Below are positions 1 to 10,287 of a DNA stretch of 64,000 nt, in pieces. The stretch is from Epithemia pelagica (Eukaryota > Protista > Bacillariophyta). Position 1 is the stretch's first letter; every line of letters begins with the position of its first letter. The translations under genes and the position numbers were made by a program. The notes below the pieces were generated by a model. The model saw only the letters and a list, made by a program, of their open reading frames with translations. It did no database searches and was not told where the DNA came from. The stretch spans positions 1,054,001 to 1,118,000 of the forward strand of contig OX337233.1 in assembly GCA_946965045.2 (NCBI GenBank). Reading direction: 5' to 3'.

Positions 1-10
1 TTTCAGCTCG

Positions 11-218
11 TCTACACTTTGCACTTTATAGAAATCTCGAGTTCAACGGAATGGTCCCGACATGGAAGGACCTCCCATGCACGGTGGCAGGATCATTCGG
101 ATGACTGTGTAGATTCCATTGAGCATGCCACTTTCTGTCAACGGAGCCACAGGGAATAATCAACCAACGTTTTGGATTATCGGGAGGGCTTTGGAAGCAG
201 AATAAGGCATCCTTGTTG
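11..218. repeat. Diverged dispersed direct repeat, copy 1 (copy 2 at 2299-2492)
   Basis: Shared blocks CGAGTTCAACGGAATGGTCC, CGGATGACT.TGTAGATTCC.TTGAG and AAGGCATCCTTGTTG occur in the same order in both copies. Minus-strand translations share NKDA and H..TIPLNS. Confidence 0.75.
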
Positions 219-713
219 TATAAGGTGGAAAGTTGGCTGACTGCGGTGGTGGTGGTGGTGTCGTCTATAGGGTAAAATTTGTGTGAGCCACCCCCCATTA
301 CTCTACCTAGTCGGCCGGTAGATCTCATGTCTCATTCCATCACCGTCCACCACCGCAACAACAAGGACTTTGACACTAGTGGTTGTCTCTATAAACACAT
401 GTAACAGTATTTTAGGCAGAGAGAGTCCGTAGGGTCGTTAACAGAAACTACAAACTATGCACCCCCATAACCCAGAACTACCTACTACTCATATGAAATC
501 GATGCTATCGGAAGCAAATTTCCAAAATCCATCAACTACGGAAGGTACATCCATTTCAACTCTTTTGGGGAATATATGCTTTGGCAACGTGCACCGCTCA
601 TGGTGGTGCGCCGTCAGCCAACGGACGGGTTTCCTCTTCAACACAACATAGTTTGGGGCTACCTTGCCGTCCCCATCAATCCTGCAGGTGACATACAAGG
701 TGAATGAGCAATA

Positions 714-2030
714 ATGTCACTCCAGAACTATGCATGGCAGTCGGGGCTTGTCCTTTTGGAGCCAAAATGGAATGAAAACGACTGGCCGCATCTGGAGGGT
801 GGAGGGCGTTGGATGTACGCTTCGGTTGTGCTGGATCATCTCGATCAAGACAACAACAAAGGACAAACAGTCGTGGTGTTGGGAGGAATTCGAGATGACG
901 GCTGGGCCACCAATTCCGTACATGTATTGAATTTGTCAGAACCACGCAAGCAGTGGCGAAATGGGCTACCCATGAACAAGAGACTTGTGGACCATGCAGC
1001 TGTGGTCTGCAACGGAGGAGTTTACGTGATTGGAGGATTCGATCATGGTACGAGTTTAGATTGTATTGAATGGCTTGACGTGGACAGTTTGGTGCAATCA
1101 CCAAGCATCTCCAACAAGCATTGGACACCATTGAATTGTCGATTGTCAACAGGACATCATGAATGTTGCGCTGTTGCGGTTCGCAATCGATACATTGTGG
1201 TAATGGGTGGATACAACATGAGGGAATTCTCGCGTTTGTCGTCGGTTGATATCATTGATACCAGCAATCAGACTGTCGTTGCTGGGCCAACCATGACCGT
1301 TCCTCGATCATCCTGTGCCAGTGCAGTTGTTGGCCACCGTATCTTTGTCGTTGGCGACTCGGAGAAGTTCCCGGTGGAGTATTTGTTCTTTTCAGCGCCT
1401 TGTGACAATGAGGAGACAAAAAAGGAGACTGTTTCTACAGCCATTTCCTTCCCGTTCGCTTGGACACGTCTCCCCGATTTAGGGCTTTCTGTCCAACCGG
1501 ATCATCCTGCAGTGGTTGCGGTCGGATCCTGTCTGGTTGTGGCGCAAAAAGGCACATCCGTGAAAATCTTCGATACTCGTAGATACCGCCACCATGTGTG
1601 GAGTCTTCCTCCACTCGAAAAAGCCCTTACTAGGGGATTTACTCTGTTGACTGTGGACAGTCAAATCGCAGGGATTGGTGGACGTGGCAATCCGTCGTGT
1701 GCAACATTAGGACTAATGGACAAGAAGACGTGGTGTTTTTGTCAACTCCGTGAGCATGCCCCGAACGAATGGTTTGGTATGGCGAAATCAACTCGATCAA
1801 AGGTAAAACGCAGCCATCGAACAGAGTTCCGACAAACAATTATAATGGTACGTCGCATTTTTGCATGCATCGATTTGTTGGTCTCAGTGACAAGCCGACT
1901 CATGTATCTTTGTCTTGTCTTACGGTGTATCACTGACACACAGGCTGCCTACCTGAGAGATGCCAATTGCACGCCTAGCTCGTTGTTCTCGGCATTGCAT
2001 TCCTACCTATGGAGATTATGTGAGTCCTAG
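714..2030 (+). CDS. Kelch-repeat protein (true 3' end may be shorter)
   Basis: Repeated Kelch signatures VVVLGG...W, HAAVVCNGGVYVIGG, RYIVVMGG, RIFVVG; ATG at 714. Confidence 0.85.
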   Translation: MSLQNYAWQSGLVLLEPKWNENDWPHLEGGGRWMYASVVLDHLDQDNNKGQTVVVLGGIRDDGWATNSVHVLNLSEPRKQWRNGLPMNKRLVDHAAVVCNGGVYVIGGFDHGTSLDCIEWLDVDSLVQSPSISNKHWTPLNCRLSTGHHECCAVAVRNRYIVVMGGYNMREFSRLSSVDIIDTSNQTVVAGPTMTVPRSSCASAVVGHRIFVVGDSEKFPVEYLFFSAPCDNEETKKETVSTAISFPFAWTRLPDLGLSVQPDHPAVVAVGSCLVVAQKGTSVKIFDTRRYRHHVWSLPPLEKALTRGFTLLTVDSQIAGIGGRGNPSCATLGLMDKKTWCFCQLREHAPNEWFGMAKSTRSKVKRSHRTEFRQTIIMVRRIFACIDLLVSVTSRLMYLCLVLRCITDTQAAYLRDANCTPSSLFSALHSYLWRLCES

Positions 2031-2298
2031 TTACTCGCAACTCAAGGGATCGGATTGGCAGTCGGCGACCTGCCTTTGCTGGTGGTGGAAGTGCCTTTGG
2101 AGGAGTAACCAGTGGAGGAAGACGGGGTGGTCGGCAGTGAACCAAATGCAGGGCCCCTCTATTGGGGTGTGTGGCGTTGCGCTATGTTGTGTTGTTTTCT
2201 TGAGAGTGGTCTATAGAACAAGAATCTACTTTAGTGATAACTCTATCTAGAGACGATATCATTGTGATCCACCGCAACTATACTTGCAATGCACATCA

Positions 2299-2492
2299 TC
2301 TCCACTTGGCACTCTCGAAAGTGCGAGTTCAACGGAATGGTCCTGGTATGGAAGGACTTTTCCATGAATGGTAGCAACATCGAACGGATGACTCTGTAGA
2401 TTCCGTTGAGATGCCATCGTATTGTCAAAAACATCAAAAGCAGAGGAAAGCAAAGCCCGCTGCTCGGCATGACTGAAAAGGCATCCTTGTTG
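2299..2492. repeat. Diverged dispersed direct repeat, copy 2 (copy 1 at 11-218)
   Basis: Colinear nucleotide similarity to 11-218. Confidence 0.75.
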
Positions 2493-2731
2493 ATAAAAGC
2501 TTTCTGGCCTATACAGCCATGCAGGGGCAACTCCATGTTCAATCGCTCCACGAACAGTGATGAATGGCATTGGAACACCAATAGCAAGAGAGCTAGACAT
2601 GACTGGGAAGCATCCTTGTTGATAAAAAGCTTTCTGGCCTATACAGCCATGCAGGGGCAACTCCATGTTCAATTGCTCCACGAGCAGTCATGAATGGCAT
2701 TGGAACATCAATAGTCAGAGAACTAGACATG
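2468..2731. repeat. Tandem duplication of a ~130-bp unit covering the MATE stop codon and 3' flank
   Basis: 2468-2601 and 2598-2731 are near-identical (GCATCCTTGTTGATAAAA(A)GCTTTCTGGCCTATACAGCCATGCAGGGGCAACTCCATGTTCAAT...CTAGACATG). Confidence 0.9.
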
Positions 2732-4291
2732 CTCCCTGGACGATGGAGTCCTTGTCGTTTGTGTGCGATTCGTCGTGGAACCATAGACACCCTTATTGTG
2801 GTTGGTGGTTTGTGTCGATTCCACCAAGGACTGCAATTCCTCCTGGTCCACCGCCCGCGCAGCCGCATCCAGTTCCAGTAGTCCTTCTCGTTGTCGAATC
2901 TCGTGGGAAATCTCGTCCCAACTTCGAACCACAAAGGCCAGACTCATGATGACGTTAATGAGCAAATAGGGTGGCCAAATGGTCTTCCAGGCCGCTTCCA
3001 ATCCACCATGTTGCACAATGGCAAAGTAATACGAGGCCGGCATACCAAACACCCACAAGACAATCACCGTCACAATGCCACCGGTCCACTGCAGGCCGAG
3101 ACCGGTCGAAATTCCGGCATTGATCCCAAAGACACCCAATATACAACAATACAAACACACATCGAACCATACCTTGTCGCAGAGTTGAATGACTGCTTCT
3201 TCGTGGGTAAAGAGGGCAAAAATGGCAAAACGATACACGTACAAACCGTAGCTCAAGACGGAAAAGACCACGACACTCACCAGCAAGGTACCGACGACCA
3301 AGCGTTTGGCGCGACGCACCTGCCGTGTCGCCAGGACGGCTCCCAATTGAATGGCCAAGGCAATGCCCATGCCCAGAGGGAGCATGTAGGTGATAAAAAT
3401 AATTTGGCTCGGCACGGTATGAGCCGACAAGGGCACGACGCCCAAGGTTCCAATCAACAAGGCCACCGCTTCCCAATACACCCATTCCAAGGCGGTCAAC
3501 ACACCACCCATTCCCAAATGACAAAAGGCCCCGAAGGGTTCCCACTCCATGGCTTCGGGCCAGGCGGTTACTCCGGGCCAGGTATCGGGATGGTGCGGTC
3601 GGGCCAGACACACCCAGGCCACGACCGAGAGCGATTCCACCATGTAAAAGACGGTAATGGCCCAGGCGGCTCCCAGAAAGCCAAACCACTGGACAAAGAA
3701 TTCCAAACACAGGGGAAGGACCATCAGAGTCGAAAGCAGTGTACAAACAACCAAGGGCGTCAAAATGTGTTGGGCCGACAAGAATTTCCACGCAATCGTA
3801 TACAAGGAATAAAAGGGAAAACTCAGGGCGTAGACCATATAAAAGTCGTGCGCCCATTGTGACACTTGCGCATCTTGACCCAGGGCCACCAACATGTCCT
3901 GCATGTAGACAAATAAAATCACATTCATGGGGACCATCACCAGCAAGGGAGCGGTAAAGCCGCGCAAGGCCACCAACCCCACTTCTCGATAATTCTTGGC
4001 GGCAAAGGCCTGCGGACCAAAGGTATCGCAGGCATTGTACAGGCCTTGGACAATGGCCAAGGTCAAGAGATTGCCCGTCAAATTGGCCAAGGCATAGGCA
4101 TCCAAGTACACATGTCCAAAATGACGTCCCACGTAGGAAGCCGTTAAACAGGGGGGCACCACAAAACTCAAGACAATAATAATGGTGGGAATCGCCAACT
4201 GAAACAGATTCCAGAGTTCTTTCCAGAGAGGTACATCACTTTCTTCTTTCAATGTCATGTTCGATCCTTCCGTCGACGAATATATGGTCAT
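2723..4291 (-). CDS. MATE family multidrug/toxin extrusion transporter
   Basis: ~520-aa polytopic membrane ORF with MATE hallmarks (LDAYALAN, ACDTFGPQAFAAKNY, EWVYWE, LPLGMGIALA, GLGLQWTGG). Confidence 0.93.
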   Translation of the reverse strand: MTIYSSTEGSNMTLKEESDVPLWKELWNLFQLAIPTIIIVLSFVVPPCLTASYVGRHFGHVYLDAYALANLTGNLLTLAIVQGLYNACDTFGPQAFAAKNYREVGLVALRGFTAPLLVMVPMNVILFVYMQDMLVALGQDAQVSQWAHDFYMVYALSFPFYSLYTIAWKFLSAQHILTPLVVCTLLSTLMVLPLCLEFFVQWFGFLGAAWAITVFYMVESLSVVAWVCLARPHHPDTWPGVTAWPEAMEWEPFGAFCHLGMGGVLTALEWVYWEAVALLIGTLGVVPLSAHTVPSQIIFITYMLPLGMGIALAIQLGAVLATRQVRRAKRLVVGTLLVSVVVFSVLSYGLYVYRFAIFALFTHEEAVIQLCDKVWFDVCLYCCILGVFGINAGISTGLGLQWTGGIVTVIVLWVFGMPASYYFAIVQHGGLEAAWKTIWPPYLLINVIMSLAFVVRSWDEISHEIRQREGLLELDAAARAVDQEELQSLVESTQTTNHNKGVYGSTTNRTQTTRTPSSREHV

Positions 4292-4354
4292 CACACTTCT
4301 GTCGCCCGAATCTCATGGTTTCCAGATCGAGACCACCAACATTTACGTTCGTGG

Positions 4355-5787
4355 ATGTGTGCCATGCTGGAAAGAGCGACCAGCTACTACTATCAGTTAA
4401 TCTGTACTTTGTACCCTACCGTTGGGCGTGCATCTCGTTCACCAAAGAATCACAGCGCCATGGCGATTGACCTGTTGCGGAAGGACCAACAAGAAGAATC
4501 GCCGGCAAACACAGGAACCGGTCCACCAAGACAATTGGTCTACGAGTACAGGGAACTTCAGAGCCAGCTCTGTGATATCATCACAGAACTGACCCTGCGC
4601 TTCTGTAGACCAATTGTCGTGAACCCAGACTGCTGGATCTTGTGTGACTCTCACGCCGGTCACAATCACAACGGGAGCGTTGGTGTCGTTCGTTTCTCCC
4701 GAATTCCCATGGACTGGATTGGTCCAGGAAGAGACTCTCCCACTTGACGTCTGACTGTTGTTCTCACTTTGCTGTTGTTGTTCAGTGATAACAACAGCTA
4801 GAGGTCGAGTGCAAGAGTCTCTTGGTTTGGTGAATTCGATGGGCGGCGGCGGCGGGATACAAATGGATCACACCATTGAGATCACAAAGATGCTGTCCAC
4901 AATATCATTGGTCCAGGAAGAGACTCTCCCACTTGACGTCTGGCCGTTGTTCTCACTTTGCTGTTGTTCAGTGATAACAACAGCTAGAGGTCGAGTGCAA
5001 GAGTCTCTTGGTTTGGTGAATTCGATTGGCGGCGGCGGGATACAAATGGGATACCATCATGGAGATCACCAAGAGTTTGCTTCGTCAAGCCCCTTTGGTG
5101 AAAACTTGTAGGACGGGGTGTTTCTTGGATAGCAGTCATCGTCCGCTCAGGCCTACATTGCCAGCCTCGCAAGGATTGGTGATTCAATGGAGGAGGTCAC
5201 CCTTCCTGATTTGGGGAAAATTCCGGAAATTGATGAAATCGCTGTGCCTCGTTGATATTCAACATCCGACACTTCAATGGAAACTTCAGAGGTTGTATTC
5301 ACGGTGGCAACTGACAAGGCTCCCAAGGCATATAATGCAAGAAATGTCAACTTCTGTGGCAGACACGGTGTCCCGCCAGATCTTTGGAGATCAAACGCGC
5401 CAATGTCGACCAAGCCAATGTAGAATTGCAAGTTTTGGAGAACCTGACGATGAAAATGATGAGTGGTCCATATTTGCCTTGCGAGCGACACAAGTGCTCT
5501 GCTTAATAGAAGGTGCGAATCTGGATCGAAGGTCGTTTTCCCCTACGACACCTTTTGTTTCCACTCTTGATCTACCAATGACCAGTCCAACAGGTCGTTA
5601 TTTGAGTGCAGGAATGAATCGCCGTCGTAGTTCCCTGGTTCATTGGGCCAAAACCCTTACTTGTCCAAGAGATCGAGAGACGTTTCCGAACCAGAACCAT
5701 ATGTCATGGTCAATTCTCGCTCTATGTTACGGTCAATTCTCGCTCTATCTCGAGACTATCGAATCCAACCTGGGTAAGAAACGATAG
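4355..5787 (+). pseudogene. Fragmented ORF of unknown family, disrupted by stops and an internal tandem duplication
   Basis: Protein-like pieces in several frames (4355-4747, 5026-5787) with intervening stops; no motif recognised. Confidence 0.3.
4718..5069. repeat. Tandem duplication, period ~189 bp
   Basis: ATTGGTCCAGGAAGAGACTCTCCCACTTGACGTCTG...GGATACAAATGG starts at both 4718 and 4907 with high identity. Confidence 0.92.
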
Positions 5788-5790
5788 GCG

Positions 5791-7465
5791 TTACAGAGGT
5801 CTAAGTTCGAGTTCACTGGAGGTATCTTCTTGGTCATGGTCGTCGTCAATGACAAATGTCTCTGAATCGCCCTCCTCTTGTTGCTGAAGCCCCGAGTACT
5901 GGGATCCACCAACCGATGATGATGATGATGACGGAACCGCTGTTGACGGGGATGTTGTTTCTGGTGTCGGAAGGTAATATCCCATACCCAAGCAAAGGAC
6001 TCCAAACGATACCAGGCATGAACTGATTTTGTACATGACTCGGCCACCCTGATGTTGCACCGCCCATCCTCCGTACAAGAGACCCAGAAAGGACCCTGCC
6101 CCTCGTACCATGGAAATCAGGCCCTGACCCGTGGCCTCCCAACCAACAGGGGAATATCGCGCGGCAGTATCCACTGCAGCTGTATGAGTACATGCATACG
6201 TGACACCATGCAAAGGTTCCAACAGGAGCACATACGCAATGTGACCCTTGGGAATCGCTGCGTATCCCAAGACACGGACAATGTACGACACACATGCTAC
6301 CAAGAGCAAAGTACTGGCATTGCTGCGTTCCAGCAAGGTTGGAGCCACTTGGAAAATGGGGATTTCAAACGCCACCGTGAGAATCACTGTGATACCCATC
6401 ATGGTGTACGAACTTTCCAACGTTTCAAAAAATAGAAACACCAAGGAATCGACTAGCACCTGACCGAATGACAATAGGAACAAACAGATCATGAAGGCAG
6501 TCGATAAGTAAGTCCCAAAGAAGAGCCGAAGAATCCAAGTGACTCGAGGCAGTATTGACTCGTCTGCATGTTGTTGTGCCACTTCTGGGGTAGGAGAATC
6601 CACCTCTTGTGAGGGTGAACTATCCTCGTCGGGTGACAGAATGTCACTTTTTCTCTTGACCAAGAACTTTTTACGGTCTCGCAGTTCTTGGCGTGTGTAC
6701 ATGAAGATTGCCCACAACGCCACAACCATGGAGATTAGTGTGAGGGGATAGGTGACTCGGAATCCAAACCATTCGATCAGAATGGCATAGCCGAGATGGG
6801 TGATGGCCCATCCCACGGCTCCGAATAATCTTTCTCGTCCGTAATCATCTTTTGACAGTTGAGGATGATTCTCCAGATACTGAAGAGTCACAGCATTTAT
6901 CAAAGGAGAGATACAACAAACGCAGGCCGCATACAACATGCGCAAAGCGAAATGGTAGGAGGTGAAAGAAAACAAACCACTGGATGCCAACGATTCATCT
7001 TGGTTCGCCGGCGATTGTGGTTCCTGGTAGTTGGAAGGTGATTCAATGGGTGGTGCGTGAGGCAGAAGACGTGGCACACTGTGTAACAGACTGCATACGG
7101 TACCAACCAATATACTAAATGCCATGATTTGTGTCCGCCCACGTCCTGGATAACGTGCTTCGCGCCGATCCGCCCACGGTCCTATGAGGAATCGTGATAA
7201 CGGATTGTCCTGCCAAACAAAGGCCTATGGTTTTGGGTGTCATGCCCACTTCTCGTTCCAGAAAGGGTGCGAGAAATCGGCCCCCCGTAATGGACAACCA
7301 AACAAAACTACAACCAAACAAAAATCTCGGTCGTATCCAGTTCGTCCTGGAGATTGGTGGAGAGGAAGCAGTCATCTTCTCTCCCATTGGACTAGATCTG
7401 ACCCCGTCTTCATCCGCTCCTCTGGAATCCTTGCAGGCATCATCACTGTCGTCTATTGGCATCAT
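5791..7465 (-). CDS. MFS transporter (MFS_1-like/MFSD6-like) with one frameshift near 7188
   Basis: N-terminal frame (RPRFLFGCSFVWLSITGGRFLAPFL) joins LIGPWADRREARYPGRG and the 444-aa downstream ORF only through a frameshift. Motifs YGRERLFGAVGW, FEIPIF, LLEPLHGVTYA, ATGQGL. Confidence 0.8.
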
Positions 7466-7587
7466 CACTTTCGTCTGTTGGCATCATCAGAGGGTTTGTG
7501 GTGTGTCGACTGTCGACACATCTTTGTTGTTTGTCTCAGCCCCTCGCTAAGAGGGTGTAAGTCTGTTTGTACCATTTCCGAAGCACA

Positions 7588-7694
7588 CTCGCTAGGGCGT
7601 TTCAACTTTCTCTCTCCCTCCCCACTCCCCATGCATACTCGTATTGTCTGCGATTGATGGATAGTTAGAAGACATACATTCGCCGATTAGGAGT
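7588..7694. repeat. Dispersed intergenic repeat, copy 1 (copy 2 at 16140-16258)
   Basis: Both copies read CTCGCTAGGG...ACTCCCCAT...GCGA.TGATGGAT.GTTAGAA...GACATACATTCGCCG.TTAGGAGT. Confidence 0.75.
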
Positions 7695-7709
7695 AGTGGA
7701 GCTTGTCAA

Positions 7710-7793
7710 TACGCCCCAGAGGGGGGTATTTCTTAGGTAGAAAACACCCATCTCTGTCATCCCCAGCGGGTGGCTAAGAGGGTTCAAACAATT
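7710..7793 (+). repeat. Degenerate Academ-family terminal sequences
   Basis: 7710-7737 matches the first 28 nt of the TIR at 10128 at 22/28 positions. 7761-7793 resembles the MITE terminus (CCC.AGCGGG..TGGCT...AGGGT). Confidence 0.55.
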
Positions 7794-7919
7794 ACATTTG
7801 TTTTCGCTCTCTATCTCTATCATCATCCATGATCCATGATCCATGCACAAAAATCTCACTTCTACTGCAAGCAGTCCATTTTCAGCTTCAAATTGTCCTG
7901 ATTTGGACCAACGACTACA

Positions 7920-9970
7920 ATGGTTATCGAGGATGTCCAGACGCTAGCGGACCCTTCAAACGCCGAGGAAGAACAAGATGACAAAGGACGTCCAAAACAG
8001 GACCAGACGGTAGTGGACTGTCCCAGTCCTGAGAAACAGCAAGATTGCACCAAGTCCAGACTGTGGTGTCCTTGTGGGATGCAGCTAAGCCGCTCGTTGA
8101 GATGAAGCTGAGGAATGAGGTTTGGCAACAAGTGCGAGAAAAACTCCAACAGGGATTGGTCCCTCCCATCTTCCACGCCTTTCTTTCCCTCCTCTACAAA
8201 AAAGACCCCCTTTTCAATGATGACCAGCACAAGCTTTCGGCGGCGCCAGTGGAAGCTGGTGGATGTGATTTCTTACAAGAGGGTACCAGATTGAAGGGGA
8301 CGAATCGGTCAATAGGACATTTCTTCACTTCGGAGGGGAAGGCAAGAAGCGGGCTGAAGGATGAAGCACTAGGCGGTCACTGGGATTTCGATGAAGACTC
8401 AACAACAGCGATCGCTCAACTAGTCAATGAATCTGCCCATATGGTGGGTCATGATGTGGAGAGTACAAAAATAGCGTCATCGTTCGGCATGCATGCGGTT
8501 CACAAGGAATACTTGGTAACTCGCCGCCTCAGTCGTGGCGTGGTGGCAGACTGCTTTCACCGCAGCAAGAAAGACAGCGAGTTGGCTATTGTGGGATCCC
8601 CTGGAATTGGCAAGTCTTGGACCCTTCTCTATGCGCTGCAACAAGCGCTATAGTACGAGCCTGCATGTGTCATTCTGCACAGGCAGAAGACGGAAACTGC
8701 GAATCTTTTTATCAGACGAGGTGACACAGTGTTTGCTTGGAGCGGCACAACTAAGGGAAGGGCAAACAGCGTTTTATTTGACCTAAAAGATGTTCTGGTT
8801 CTGCTGGATCCGCCAGAATCTGGTGCATTCTATGCTCCGGGTTCGTGCATGCTGATCTATGCTGCCTCAAACAACAAGAAGCACTTTCAGGGTGACATCT
8901 TCAAGACAAACTCTTCACAGGCACAGCGACACCTTAGCCAACCAAGTATTGAGGAGGTGCGTGTAATGCTTCCCATTATTTCTCCAGGTTGCAATATTGA
9001 AGAGGCACAGGAGCGTGCTCAGGTTGTGGGAATGCTACCACGTTACCTAATTGAAGAAAAGTATTTTAAGGACAGGAAGGATTTGACTGAGGGTGCTGTT
9101 TTGCGATTGAAGAAAGATCCGAAAGAAATGGAGAAGGTATTTGACAGTCGTGGACAGTCGAACAAAGATTACACTGTCCCCGGAACCATCTTTGCGGTGT
9201 CTGCAGCTGTCTTGTTGGATGATGATGAGCCCGACGAGTATGACGGTCTAGTTGGCATTAATTATGGGGAGAGGAAGCTTTCAATCATGAGTGACTTTGT
9301 CATGAAATCACTTGTACGGGCAAGCCGCGAATCTATCCTTTCTTTCTGGGCCAAGGTCGGTTGTGGAAAGCGCAGTGGGATAGGAGATGCAGTGGAGGAG
9401 CTTTTCTGGGACGACTTGTCACAGGGACCATTCAAAATGGAAACATGGACGCGGGAAGTGCGCAGCGTTCCAGGTCAACTCAAAACAGAGGACTCATGGA
9501 AGCCGAAGCCACATAATGGTGTGAAGCTGGAAGAAGCTACTGATCATGTTACAAATGATGGGGACATTGTTTGCCGTATGGTCAAGGGTTGCCCTCTGAT
9601 TGACAATGCTGGATCTGGCCGCCGAGTCTACCAGGTGACGGTTGGCGATGACCATTCTATGTATTTGGATGCCATGATCAAGTTACTTGTCAGCTTTGGT
9701 TACCTCTCTACAAAACCAACAAAACAAGGTGTATTGATAGAGATTTCACCAAAACCACCACAAGAAAATCTATTATTCTATTGGGTTGCTCCATATGGCA
9801 TCAAGAATACCTGGGTCAATCACGCTCCTAAGAAGTATAAGAAACGGAAGCGAAAGAGGGGCCAAAATGACTCAGAGATTGTGGAGGTGAACCGAGCCAT
9901 AGAAGTCGTCAACAAGTGCCTCGCAGAACATGTACAGCAGTACATTCTGATTGTGAACAACGAACTCTGA
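7920..9970 (+). pseudogene. Crinkler/RHS-like P-loop NTPase plus C-terminal nuclease-like region; frameshift near 8044 and in-frame TAG at 8651-8653
   Basis: Walker A IVGSPGIGKSW, Walker-B-like VLVLLDP, C-terminal YQVTVGDDH. ORFs 8045-8653 and 8729-9970 are in the same frame, separated by a single stop. Confidence 0.7.
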
Positions 9971-10030
9971 TCAATGCCTGCCTCTTTCTCCTTACCCCTT
10001 CGCTTTACATGTTTCAACTTTCATGCCTGC

Positions 10031-10109
10031 GGGGTCCGGGGGACGAAAAATTCCACCGCGATAGATAATACTACGCTATCGCGGTGGAATTTTTCGTCCC
10101 CCGGAGCCC
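10031..10109. repeat. Perfect hairpin: 30-bp stem (10035-10064/10076-10105), 11-nt loop
   Basis: TCCGGGGGACGAAAAATTCCACCGCGATAG is followed by ATAATACTACG and then its exact reverse complement; GGG/CCC extends the stem past one mismatch. Confidence 0.95.
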
Positions 10110-10127
10110 ATACACACCTTGGTTTGT

Positions 10128-10211
10128 TACCCCCCAGCGGGGGTGAGTTTTTAGGATGCTAGAGAGTGAATGCACAAAGTGCATTCTCTTACTCACCCCC
10201 AAGGCGCGATC
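10128..10211 (+). repeat. Left TIR of the AcademH-like element
   Basis: First 28 nt identical to the reverse complement of the right end and 39/40 over the first 40 nt. Variable middle, then near-identical CTTACTCACCCCCAAGGCGCGATC. Confidence 0.95.
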
Positions 10212-10287
10212 TGGCTCACCCGTTTTTGACACAAACTTGCAAACCACACCACAGTCAATCCAGAGGGTAGAGGTGCAGCAGGTCGTC

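Noticed and set aside
330-700. Possible methyltransferase-like fragment on the minus strand (KFASDSIDFI)
   Set aside because: A single weak motif in a 69-aa frame; insufficient evidence.
2891-3862. 323-aa ORF antisense to MATE
   Set aside because: Antisense shadow of a well-supported gene.
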